This document shows, piece after piece, positions 52,541 to 64,000 of a DNA stretch of 64,000 nt. The stretch covers positions 121,589,191 to 121,653,190 of the forward strand of contig NC_090374.1 of assembly GCF_036365525.1 (NCBI RefSeq). The letters are read 5' to 3'. How positions within the stretch are numbered: position 1 is the stretch's first letter; every line of letters begins with the position of its first letter. The notes beneath the pieces were generated by a model. It searched no databases. It was not told the DNA's origin and saw only the letters and a list, made by a program, of their open reading frames with translations. The DNA comes from Heterodontus francisci (taxonomy: Eukaryota). The translations under genes and the position numbers were made by a program.

Positions 52541-52620
52541 ATGGAAGATGGCAGGATCCCCAAGGACACATTGTACAGCGAGCTTGTCACTGGTATCAGA
52601 CCCACCGGCCGTCCGTGTCC
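52541..52620 (+). mobile_element. RTE-clade LINE fragment
   Basis: MEDGRIPKDTLYSELVTGIRPTGRP matches the typical RTE C-terminal motif (RLPK.LLY.EL..G.R..GRP). Confidence 0.65.
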
Positions 52621-52752
52621 ACTAAACTACTTTAATAGAAAAATACCTGTCAAAGAAAGCCTGCAATTCAGCAAATTACAGTCACCCAGTAATTGATTTT
52701 TGTGGAGGATCACAATTGTTGCACAACCAGCTTGTGTTTTCTTCCCATGGCA

Positions 52753-53169
52753 GGGGAGATGGTGACGTCGTGGTAATGTCGCTGAACTAGTATTCCAAAG
52801 GTCCAGGCTAATGCCCAGGGACACGAGTTCAAATCCGACCATGGCAGCTGGTGGAATTTAAATTCAATTAATTAATAAAAAAAAATCTGGAATTGAAAGC
52901 TAGTTTCAGTGATGGTGCCATGAAAGTATCATCGATTGTTGTTTTAAAAGAAAACCATATGGGTTCACTAACGTCCTTTAGGGAAGGAAATCTGCCATCC
53001 TCACCTGGTCTGGCCTACATGTGACTCTAGACCCACAGCAATGTGATTGACTCTTAACTGCCCTCTGAAATGGCCTAGGAAGACACTCAGTTGTCAAGTG
53101 CAATTAGGGATGGGCCACAAATGCTGGCCTTGCCAGTGATGCCCACATCTCATGAGAGAATTAAAAAAA
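52753..53169 (+). mobile_element. tRNA-derived SINE sharing both its 5' head and 3' tail with LINE-A
   Basis: Box A-like tgacgtcgtgg and box B gttcaaatcc; body colinear with 6647-6967, then jumps to the LINE-A tail caa..caattagggatggg..gcccacatc..A-run. Confidence 0.88.
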
Positions 53170-53862
53170 TTTCCAATGTGCTAAACCTCAAAGGGTTAGC
53201 AGAGAAATTAGCAATTGGGTTAATTAAAATACACCAAATTGTTTGTTTGATAAGGTTATCCAGGGTGTACATGGAGAAGATAATTTTTCATTATTGATTC
53301 TTGGTTGTGAAAACAGTTGAGAGAATTTGGCAGAACTGTACCAGTATATTAAGACTGGAATACTCAATTGGTAGGGTGTTTGACCCATACTTAAGAGTTA
53401 GGGAGTTGAATGATGGTAAGGACCAATCATCCTTTGATGTTCTAAGGTTGGTGAATGGCATACCACTAATGGGAATGAATGGAGTCAGAAAAGTTGTATA
53501 CAAGACAGAACACATAAGCATGGAATATTACCAAATGGCACTCCTAGTTCATGGGTGAAACAGAGATGGCACTGTGCCTAACAATATGTCAAAATGTTAC
53601 AGTAAGCTGGGGAATTGTAGCCTCAGCCTAAATATACACCATTACTGGCATTCCTGGCCCTTTATATTTAATGTAAACTTATTATTGGTGTTTAGAAGAA
53701 AAAATTGAATTAATTTGTGACTCAAAGGAAGCTGGCTGTTTATAACAGTATTTGCTAATGCAATGTATTTTTCCCCAAATTTTATTGAGAAGGTAAATAT
53801 GCAAATTGGAATTTTGTAGAAAATGTCCTTTATTTAAAAAAATTATATTTCTTTGATTCCAG

Positions 53863-54013
53863 CCTTCTCTAAATGGTTTTATTATGTGACCATGCTTATG
53901 CCAGCATCTACTTTCACCATTGCAGTTGGATACTGGGTTGAAGTTAAATCTGAATGCACCCAGATGCTTAGTCCATCATCCTCATCTTCAACCTGTACAA
54001 ATAAGAGCTGCAG
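53863..54013 (+). CDS. AOPEP: AOPEP coding exon 3
   Basis: FSKWFYYVTMLMPASTFTIAVGYWVEVK (human WYYYVTMPMPASTFTIAVGCW); acceptor ttccag|CC, donor AG|GTTTGC; phase 1 in, phase 2 out. Confidence 0.93.
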
Positions 54014-54289
54014 GTTTGCATTGCTATTCTTACAATGAAATTACATTCAAAGCTCTGTAATGGAAATATGTGGTAAACTCTTTATATATTTATGTGCTGT
54101 TGCTCAAATAGTAACCCACTAATTTATGCATATTGTAGGCTACCTAATTTAAAATGTTACAATGTAAATGGATGGCGCAGTAACCCACTTTTTTTTTTCT
54201 ATACCGATGAGAATCTTAAAAACTGATATGGGGTATCAAAATTCAGTTAGGACAAGATATGAATTTAAAAAAAAGTGCCATTAAATTGG

Positions 54290-55290
54290 ATAAACTCGTC
54301 TTCCATTCATGATCTTCATCCGTTGTCTTCTCCACCCTCTCAAATTGTCTTGAATATGTCACTGCTCAACTCTGTTCACCTTTCCCACAACTCACTGTTC
54401 GAATCCCTTCAGTCTGGATTCTGAGCTGCCCAAAGCACTAAGACTGCCAGCAATGATGTTTCTGTGACCACATTATCCCTCCTTGACAATGCCACAGTGA
54501 TTGGCACAATTGATCTTTCATAACCTCTCAGCTATGGTCTACTTTTGGTGGTCTCATTCCTATCTGTTCCAATATAGCCAGCACATTTCCAGCAGAGGCT
54601 TCTCCTCCCATCCCTGTGGTGTACTCAAAAGTTGTCAACCTTGGTCCCTTCCTTCCTTCCCATTTAAATATTGATCCTCGGTGACATTATCCATAGGCAT
54701 GCAGTGGTTTTTCCATGTGCCTCTTCACCCCTTTTCTTGTCTCTACAAGTAACTTGCTGTTGCAGACTGCCTGTCCAATATCAGAATGGAACATTGTGAA
54801 GCCAAGGACGTTGCATTTGGGCCTCAGCATGAAGTCTGTACTCTTGCCACTGTTTCTAGCTCCACTCCCATGGCTTGGTCAAGCTGCACTGAACTATATG
54901 CAGTTTTGGTGAGATGCTTGTCTAGAGCTGACTTTCAAACCCCATTTCCTACTTCTCCCTCTGAAATATAATCTTCTTTGGCTGCTACCTTAACCTCAGT
55001 GCAGTAAAATCCCTTTTCGACTGTTTTGTCATTTTCTGATTTGATTTCTTGATTTGATTTCTTGAATTGATTTCTGATTTGATTTCTTGTTGACCAAGCT
55101 GCACCTTTCACAAGCTTCACAAGTCCTGTCCCACAACTTTCCCCATACTACATCCTCGTTGCTCGTTACGCCAATAATTACTGACCTACACTGACTCCTG
55201 CTCCCCCGACACATTGATTTTAAAATCCTCATTGTTGTCTACAAATTCCTTGATGACCTTGTCCCACCCAACCTCAGTGATATCTTCCAT
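54290..55290 (+). mobile_element. Old L2 LINE fragment
   Basis: Degenerate L2 RT motifs (..gaatcccttcagtctggattc..agcactaagactgc..; attgattttaaaatcctc). Confidence 0.55.
55038..55088. repeat. 13-bp minisatellite, ~4 copies
   Basis: Unit gatttgatttctt. Confidence 0.75.
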
Positions 55291-56090
55291 ATTAAATCTA
55301 ATTCCAAGCCAATCATAGAAATTTACAGCATGGAAGGAGGCCATTTGGCTCATCGTGTCCACACCGGTTGATAAGGAGCCATCCAGCCTAATCCCACTTT
55401 CCGACTCTTGGTCTGTAGACGTATAGGCTCTGGCATTTCAAGTGCATATCCAAGTACCTTTTCAATGTTATGAGGGTTTCTGTCTCTACCACCTTTTCAG
55501 GCAGTGAGTTCCAGACCCCCTACCTCCTCTGGGTGAAAAAATTTCCCCTCGAGTCCCCTCTAAGCCTCTTACCTCTTGCCCTAAATCTATGCCCCCTTGT
55601 TATGGACCCCTCAACCCAGGAAAATAAGGTCTTCCTATCCACTCTATCTAGACCCCTCATAATTTTATACACTTCAATTAGTTTTCCCCTCAGCCTCCAC
55701 TGTTCCAAAGAACACAACCGTACCCTATCCAATCTTTCCTCATAACTAATATTCTCCAGTCCAGGCAACATCCTCGTAAATCTTCTCTGTCCCCTCGCCA
55801 GAGGAATCACATCTTTCCTATAGTGCGGTGACCAGAACTGCATGTAGTACTCTAGCTGTGGTCTAACTAGTTTTTATACAGTTCTGGCATAATCTCCCTG
55901 ACCTTATATTCTGTGCCCCAGCTAATAAAGGCAAGTATCCTGTGTGCCTTCTTGACCATCTTATCTACTTGTCCAACCACCTTCAGGGATCTGTGAACGT
56001 GCACTCCAAGGTGTCTCTGTTCCTCTACACTTCTCAGTGCCTTACCATTTATTGTGTGTTCCCTTGCTTTGTTAGCCTTCGCAAATACAC

Positions 56091-56434
56091 TTTTATTTTT
56101 ATTTATTTAGAGATACAGCACTGAAACAGGCCCTTCGGCCCTCTGAGTCTGTGCCGACCATCAACCACCCATTTTATACTAATCCTACATTAATCCCATA
56201 TTCCCTACCACATCCCCACAATTCTCCTACCACCTACCTACACTAGGGGCAATTTACAATGGCCAATTTACCTATCAACCTGCAAGTCTTTGGCTGTGGG
56301 AGGAAACCGGAGCACCCGCCGGAAATCCACGCGGTCACAAGGAGAACTTGCAAACTCCACACAGGCAGTACCCAGAACTGAACCCGGGTCGCTGGAGCTG
56401 TGAGGCTGCGGTGCTAACCACTGTGCCACTGTGC
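56091..56434 (-). mobile_element. HE1-type V-SINE
   Basis: tRNA head (gtggttagcac..gggttcagttc), V-domain (gtgtggagtttgca..gctccggtttcctcccaca), CR1/HER1 tail gggccgaagggcctg and (taaa)n. Confidence 0.88.
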
Positions 56435-56487
56435 TCCGGATTGAACTCTATTTTCCACTGTTCCGTTCACCTGACTAGTCCACTGAT

Positions 56488-56935
56488 CTTTTTTTATTCC
56501 TTCAAGGGATATGGGCGTCGCTGGCTAAGCCAGCATTTATTGCCCAGCCCTAATTCCCCTTGAAAAAGTGGTGGTGAGCTGCCTCTTGAACCGCTGCAGT
56601 CCACGTCACGTAGGTACACCAATAGTGCTATTAGGAAGGGAGTTCCAGGATTTTGACTCGGTGACAGTGAAGGAACGGCGATATAGTTCCAAGTCAGGAC
56701 CGTGTGTGACTTGGAGGGGAACTTGTGTGTTCCCATGCATCTACTGCCCTTGTCCTTCTAGGCGGAAGAGGTTTGGCAGGTGCTGTCGAAGGAGCCTTGG
56801 CGAGTTGCTGCAGTGCATCTTGTAGATGGTACACACTGCTGCCACTGTGTGTCGGTGGTGGAGGGAGCGTATATTGAAAGTGGTGGATGGGGTGCCAATC
56901 AAGCGGGCTGCTTTGTCCTGGATGGTGTCAAGCTT
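56488..56935 (-). mobile_element. LINE-A 3' fragment
   Basis: KKLDTIQDKAARLIGTPST..; family tail. Confidence 0.88.
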
Positions 56936-59900
56936 CTTTCTGCAGTCTGTAGCTTTTTTCTTCATTATTAATCACATGGCCAATTTTTGTATTGCCTGCT
57001 GGACTTCTTAATCATACCCCTATATTCGAGTCCACGTCATCGATATAAGCCACTAAAAACAAGGGGCCTAGTACTAAGACCTGCGGAACCTCAGTGGAAA
57101 CAGCTTTCCAGTCACACAAAACACCAGTGACAATTACCCTTTGCTTCCTGCCTCTGAGCCAATTTTGGATCCAACTTGTCACTTTGCCTTGGTTCCAGTG
57201 GGCTTTTACTTTCGTCACCAATCTGCCATGTGGGACTTGCCCAAAAGCCTTGCTAAAATCCATATAGACTACATCAAATACACTACCCTCATCGACCCTC
57301 CTTGTTACCTCCTCAAAATATGAATCATGTTAGTCAGACATGACCTTCCCTTAACAAATCCGTGCTGACTTTTTGATTAATCTGTGTCTTTCTCAATGAA
57401 GATTTTTCCAGTCCCTCAGAATTTTTTCCAATAATTTGTCCACCACTGAGGGTAGGCTGACTGGCCTGTAACTACTTAGTCTATCCCTTTCTCCCTTTTT
57501 AAATAATGATGAATACTTAATGAATACTTTGTATCTGTTTTCACAAAAGAGAGGGGAGGTGCAGGTCCTCCATTCCTCTGGCACCACCCCTGTAGACAGG
57601 TAGGATTGAAAAATGATGGTCAGAGTCTGCTATTTCTTCTCTCGCTTTGCTTAGCCTAGGATATATTTCACCTGGGCCTTGGGATTTGTCCACTTTCAAA
57701 GATGTTAAATCCCTTAATACTCTCTGTTAATTTTATCTAATATTTCATACTCCTCCTCCCTGATTGTAATGCCTGTATCTCCCCTCTCTTTTGTGAAAAC
57801 AGATACAAAGTATTCATTAAGAACCATATCGATGTCCATTGCCTCCATGCTCAAGTTACCCTTATGGTCCTGAATAGGCCCTACTCTTTCTTTAGTTTCC
57901 TGTTGCTCTTCATGTATTTATAAAAAATCTTCGGGTTTTCCTTGATTGTACTTGTCAATATTGTTTCTTTGCTTTCCAAATGTCCTTTTTAATTTTACTC
58001 CTACACTTTTTAATACTCCTTTAGGTTTTTTTTGCAGTATTGAGCCCTCTTTATGTCATAAGCTTTCCTTTTTCTCTTCATCCTCTCCTTTAACATCCCT
58101 TGACATCCAGTGGGTTTTGGATTTGTTCGTCTTACCTTTTTTTAAGCGAACATAGTTGTTCTGAACCCTCACTATCTTTTCCTTGAATGCCCCTGGCACT
58201 GATTTACCTTCAAGTAGCTGTTTCCAGCCCACTTCAGCTAAATTGCATCTCAGCTTAGTAAAATTAGCTTTTCTCCAATTGAGAACTTTTTTCCTGGTCT
58301 ATCTTTGTCCTTTTCCATAACTACCCTAAATCTGACTGAATTATACTCACTTCTACCAAAGTGCTCCCCAACTGATACCCCTTGCACTTGCCCAGCTTCC
58401 TTCCCTAAAACTAAATCCAGAACCACCTCTTATTGAGCTTGCTATGTACTGGCTTAAAAAAAAGTTCTCCTGAATGCATTTTTAAGAAATCTGCTCCCTG
58501 TATGCCTTTCATACTAAGTTCATTCCAGTTAATATTAGGGTAGTTGAAATCCCCCACAATTACTGCCCTATTGTTTTGCACTTCTCAGAGATTTGCCTAC
58601 ATATTTGCTCTTCTAATTCCCTCTGACTGGGGGTCTATAAGTATACTCCCAGTAGTGTGATTTCCCCCTTTGTTCTTCATTTCAACCCATATGGCCTCAT
58701 TTGATGATCCTTCTGCCATATCATCCCTCCTTACATCTATAATTGTTTCTTTAATCAATATTGCGACCCCCTTCTCCTTTTTATCCCCCTCTCTATCTCA
58801 TCTGAAAATTCTGTAACCAGGAATGTTGGGCTACCATTTCTGCCCTTTCAGCCATGTCTCAGTAATATCCACATGTCAATCTGTGCTCTCTACTCAACTG
58901 CCTTACCCGCTAGAATTCTTGCATTGAAGTATATGCCATTTAGCAAGGTCAAACTCCCTTGTTGTCTATTTTTATAGCCTTTGTTTCCTCTGCCTTCCAA
59001 ACGCACTTACTAATTTGCTGCCTTCCATTTCCAATTTCTCTGCTTTCTGAATCTACTCTCATATTCCCATCTCCCTATTAAGCTAGTTTAAACCCTCCCC
59101 AACAACACCAGCGAGGATATTTATACTGGTCCGGCTGAGGTGCAATCCGTTCGGCTTGTACAGGTCAAATCTCCCCCAGAAGCAGTCCCAATGCCTCAGG
59201 AAACTAAAGCCCTCTTTCCTGCACCATCTCTCTGGCCACGTATTCATCAGCTCTATCTTCCTATTTCTGTACTCACTGGCGTGTGGCACTGGGAGAAATC
59301 CAGAGATTACTACCTTTTGAGGTCCTGCTTTTCAATTCTCTCCTAGATCACTCCTCCAACTCTGATCAGTGAATTCCCGCCACCCCACTTCATTCCACTA
59401 TCAGATGCCATGACCCCATCCTCTGAACTCCTTCCCCAAACTTGCCACCTTGCATTCTATGTTCCCATCTTTAAACACCTTCTCAAAACTCATCTCTTTG
59501 ACAATGCCTTTGGTAATCTTTCCTAACTCCTATACTATTGTGCTTGTTTCTCTTTGTGAAATGCCTTGAAATGTTTTTCCATGTTAAAGGCACAAGTCTG
59601 TTGCTGTTTACTTCAATTCTTTAGAGGTTTATTCCTCTTTTCCTTTGAGTAAATAAACCTGCACTTGGTATCTCATTAGATGGTTACAACTGACTGCAGA
59701 TTTTATAGGAATTTTGAGAAACTCCGATTTGAATGTAACATGCCCTTTACCACTCAGTGATGAAGCTTATGGGAGGAGTAATACTAAAGAAAGAAGTTGC
59801 CTTATGAAATTGTACTTGAGATGCTCTCACAAGCATATATAAAATTTCAGGCTTTATTTAGGTTATTGCTTACCTATGAGATATTGGTATGACAAACCAA

Positions 59901-60303
59901 TTTTTGAAAATTAAAACTTTAAAAACAAGTTTGAACAATTTAATCCCAATGTCAAGTCAGACTTCCATCAGACCTATATTCACGATAAAATGTTACTTCA
60001 ATCAGGGTATCTTAGATCATCCAGTAACGTGTAGATGTGAATCAAATTGCAAAATCATAAACCCTCGAATTATTGTAACTTGGATAATTGATTTTGTATG
60101 ATCTGGGATAGTAGGAAGACCTACACTATAATTGGTTTCCAAAGGTGATTTGTGAAGAATTTGACTCTGTTTAATTAAATTGTGTATCAAATCAGTGCTA
60201 TTACTTTGCTTTTGACCCATTTAAAAATATTTTTCAGTAGCTATATTTATTCCCCCAGTTCCTGCATTCTTTTACCCTGTGGTTTTGCACCCTTTTTTAC
60301 TAG

Positions 60304-60552
60304 TGTTTCCCTGCCATCCTGTGATCACCCAGCCTATCCTTGCCGTTTTCAAAACCCGATAGCTCAAGCCCAGGATTGCATTCCTCATCGCGTCTTTGCA
60401 CCTGATTGTCTGAAATTAAGGAGCCAAGAGGTTTTGCTTCCACTGGTGGCTCGGTGCCTTTCTGCAGCTTATTGTGTCCTGGGCACTCACCCTTTCTCCA
60501 GGGTTGATGTGCTAATAGTCCCAGCTAGCTTTTCTAGTCTGGGAATGGCCAG
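60304..60552 (+). CDS. AOPEP: AOPEP coding exon 4 (gene continues beyond the window; the HEXXH exon is not present)
   Basis: CDHPAYPCRFQN..IPHRVFAP..VLGTHPFSRVDVLIVPASFSSLGMA matches recalled human AOPEP; donor AG|GTAAGT at 60552/3. Acceptor ttttttactag fits the human exon length best, but in-frame alternatives exist. Confidence 0.9.
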
Positions 60553-60807
60553 GTAAGTTTGTTGCTTTCATAATGCTCTTGAAATTATGTAAATTATTGG
60601 TGCTTTGTTTACGAACATCAAAAAGGTTTCTTTTAAAGAAGCTGTTCTTTAGCATGTGAAATATATCCCAGAAAAATCTTTTAAAAATTCAACTTAAATT
60701 ATTTCCATGTTAATTCCCATCTCCAAATCAGATCATCAATTTGTTGATTTTTTTTTTTAAATTAGTAAAATTATTCTAAAATTAGCAAGTGAATTTTTGT
60801 GAATTCC

Positions 60808-61040
60808 TGTTGTCATATTATCTCGTTCCAGATCAATACAAATGAAGCTGAAGGGCAGGCATAGAGGTTGAACACAGAGCTTTAATGGATACTTGTTGCT
60901 TCAGCCTACATGTGCTAACTGTCCAAGAGAACTGAATCACATGATATTGCATCACTTCCTGTGATAACATACATATTAACAAAAACATATTGAAATGATT
61001 ATATTTAACATACTAACAAATACATACTAACATCACAACA
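60808..61040 (-). mobile_element. 3' LTR of a Gypsy element
   Basis: TGTTGT..ACAACA termini; adjacent polypurine tract (complement of tctcccttccttt, 61041-61053). Confidence 0.8.
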
Positions 61041-64000
61041 TCTCCCTTCCTTTAAATGACAACCCCATATAGTATAACATTAATATGTATATAAATAAGC
61101 AACCCTTATGAGATATAGGAAATTTGACAACTATAACACTATTTACATAAAATATTCAAGTGTAACACTCCTCTTCAAGGTGTTGTCTACGTTTGGGACA
61201 GTACTGGTTGTCAGCTGACTTGACCAGACCTTGTGACAATGACATGGGTTTGTTCTCGAACTGTCAGTCCTTTCCTCCTAAAGAGTGTGTTTGGGAGGAT
61301 TGTCCTCAGTTGCAGATTTGTCTCTTGTTATCATTTCATCTGCAAAACATACATGCGTATGCATAGGCGATGCTGGTTGTTCACCCTGTGCATGGATAGC
61401 AGAATCTCCCCTGAGGTGAGATTGATTCCTTCACAGTACCGCACCATTTGGTGTTGTTACCTCATACAGACTTGGTTCTTTGCACACGTTGGACACCTCT
61501 GCTGGGATCCATGTCTGTTCTTGCGGATATATGACCCTCACTTCTGGACAATGTATAGGGCGGTAATTCTGCACTTGCACGCACATCATGTGCGTCTTAC
61601 ATCTTGTTTTGTTTCTGACGTAACCGGTCTGTGATCAAGGACAATTTGGTGAGATGATAGCTTGGTAGTGTGGTTCTCAATGGTTGACCAAACGTAATCT
61701 CGGCAAGTGATGGCAATCTGGAGCCTATTGGCATTGTGTGAAGATGCAATATTGCAACTTGGATATCTTGCCTGGTTTCTGAACCCTTTTTGATCAGCGA
61801 TTTGACTGTACTGACCACACATTCAGCCATCCCATTTGAATGAGGATATTGGGTGATGATGTGACATGGTTGATAGACTATAATTCATCCATATCCTGGA
61901 ACAGTTTTCCCATGTATTGTGGACCGTTGACATCACGGTAGACACCACTTCCAAAGGAACAGTAAAAACACTAAAGATAGCACTAACACTGTTGGCCACA
62001 GCTGTACTCTATGCGTCTCGAAGCCTCTGCACATTAGGAAATTTGGAGTGGTGGTCAGTCACCCGCAGTTTTCTGTGCCCACAGAGCACAAATCTGTTGC
62101 TAGCTTGATCCATGGTGATGATGGTATGTCATGTGGTTGGAGAGGCTGTTTCTGTTGACCAGCCTGGTGTCCTGACCTGCATCACGAGATCTCACCATCT
62201 GGTCAGTGTCCAAGCTGATGCTGGGCCAGAATACTGATTCGCGAGCAAGTCCCCTCGTCCTTTCTATTCCCATGTGTCCTTGGTGGAGCTGTCCAAGTAT
62301 GTCAGACTGAAGTATTGCCAGGATGAGTACTTGGCGTCCTTTGAGTAGTACTCCATTGGATGTATTGATTTTTGTCTCTATATGGCCAATATGTTCTCAG
62401 ATCCATCGAGATCTCCTGAATGGTCTCTGGCCAACCTTCTACAACGATTTGCCACAGAGCTTGGAGCATGGGGTCTTGAGAAGTCTTCCTTTGGAGTCCC
62501 CCTGTCTTGTTTTGACCAAAGCACATGAGATCTACATTGCAGACATTCTCAAAGCTTGCACAGACTTCGTCCACCTAGAAATCAAGTGGTATGTCTTGCG
62601 CCTTCCCAGGGTTGAGCAGTCCACTTAGAGTGTCTGATAGGACCATCTGACTATTGGGTTTGTATCTGATATCACAGTTGTGGCCCTGAATCTGGATGCG
62701 AAACATCTGGAGTTGAGGCGGTGCACTAATGAGCGATTTTCTCCAGATCATCTCCAGCAGCTTATGATCTGTCTCGACTGTGAACTCTTTGCTGAATAGG
62801 TATGTATGGAAACTGGTGATCCTGAAGGCAGGTGAGAGTTTCTTGTTCAACATTGGAGTAATTTGCTTGTGCTGGTGTCAGACCTTTTGAACCAAATACA
62901 ACAGGCTTGACCTTTGTGATGCATCCACTTCCACTTCTGAGGGTCATAGTATTGAAAACATGATTTGGCTGATGGCGCTTGTTTCAGTGCATTGAATGCA
63001 TGTTGGTGATCTTCCTGCCATAGGAACGGTGTGTCTTTCTTCAGCAATTCTCTTAGTGGAGATGCTTTTTCTGAGAAGCTCGGTATGTACGCAACAAAGA
63101 AGTTGAATTGACCTAGATACCTTTGCAGGGGGTCCTTGTCCTGCGGTGTCAGCATTAACTGCATGTCTTCGATCTTCCTAGGTCCAGGCAGGCATCTGAG
63201 CTTGAGTAAATGGCAATGAAAATATTTATGCTATCTGCCTTAATGGAGCACTGTTTGTAGTTGAAAACTAAACTTTCGCATCAGGCAGTCTCCATTAACA
63301 AGTGCAGATTTCTGTCATGCTCTTCGTCTGCAATACACACACAGCCCAGGACTCATTCCGTTATCTGGTCCATATGCTGTTGAAATGTACCCTGGCTGAC
63401 CGTCAGCCAAAATGATAAACGGAGGAAACAGTACCTGCCAAAGGGAGTTCTAAATGTTGTTGGCTTGCAACCCTATTGACAAGTTTACATACCAATATCT
63501 TTTTTTTGCATCTAATTTAGAAAAGTGTGTTGCTGCAGAAAACGTTGGGTTTAGCTCTTCTAGCATTGGCATCTTATGAGGACATCTCTTTAAGGCTTTG
63601 TTTAGCCTCCTTGGGTCTAAACATAGTTGAATTGAATTGTCCTTCTTGATTGCGGTAGTGATGGACTTACACCAGTCCATGTGATATTGCACTCGTGGAA
63701 TGATGCCTTGTTTTTCCATTCCATCTTCAATTTTTTTCGAATGTGGTTGCATTTACGCGGCAGCTTGATTGACGGCATTGACCTTCTTTAAGGTGTAGGA
63801 CTGCTTCCCTGTGGAAATTCCCAACTGTGCCAAACCGATCCAGCTACAACCTCTGGAGGTCTTGTACCGATCCAATTGGTGTGCACCTGTTTTGACTGCT
63901 GTGATCTTCTGACTGGGTTAGCTCATGAATGGTGACCATGTTAAGTTTGTTGCACGCTGGTAGCTCTGCTACTGCTGGTCCTGACACATCCACTGTGTAG
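61041..64000 (-). mobile_element. Degenerate Ty3/Gypsy pol (RT-RNase H-integrase), cut by the window edge
   Basis: IQLCLDPRRLNKAL..FSKLDAK (RT), FTVETDHKLL (RNase H), NGMAECVVSTVKSLIKK (integrase). Confidence 0.88.

Larger units (their letters stand above)
55310..59345 (-). mobile_element. Long degenerate CR1 LINE (ORF1 SGNH end to tail) with nested HE1 SINE and LINE-A fragment
   Basis: WDCFWGRFDLYKPNGLHL (SGNH), SYRPVSLPSVV, DFSKAFGQVPH, QFWSPHYRKD. Confidence 0.85.

Noticed and set aside
52753-52840. Stand-alone tRNA gene
   Set aside because: Box A/B are present but I see no intact cloverleaf, and it continues into a SINE body and tail.

Overview
This is eukaryotic DNA, almost certainly from a cartilaginous fish (shark or ray), judged by the HE1/V-SINE, Deu-domain SINEs and abundant CR1 LINEs. 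The window holds the 5' part of the aminopeptidase O gene (AOPEP/C9orf3, + strand). It has a putative promoter and non-coding exon 1 near 2.3-2.55 kb and four coding exons (4603-5420, 16073-16236, 53863-54013, ~60304-60552) whose splice phases join in frame. The introns are mostly transposon debris: CR1 and L2 LINEs, SINEs, solo LTRs, a decayed PIF/Harbinger element, MITEs and the 3' part of a Gypsy element. The most unusual signal is one abundant ~3.25 kb APE-RT LINE family ('LINE-A'). It has no ORF1, starts with a tRNA-derived SINE head (Pol III box A/B), almost completely lacks oligo-T runs on its sense strand, and has no AUG ahead of its endonuclease domain. A SINE made of its head plus its tail also occurs here. 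Together these suggest a possibly Pol III-transcribed autonomous retrotransposon, which is an untested inference. Repeat family names come from recall, not database searches, and repeat boundaries are approximate.
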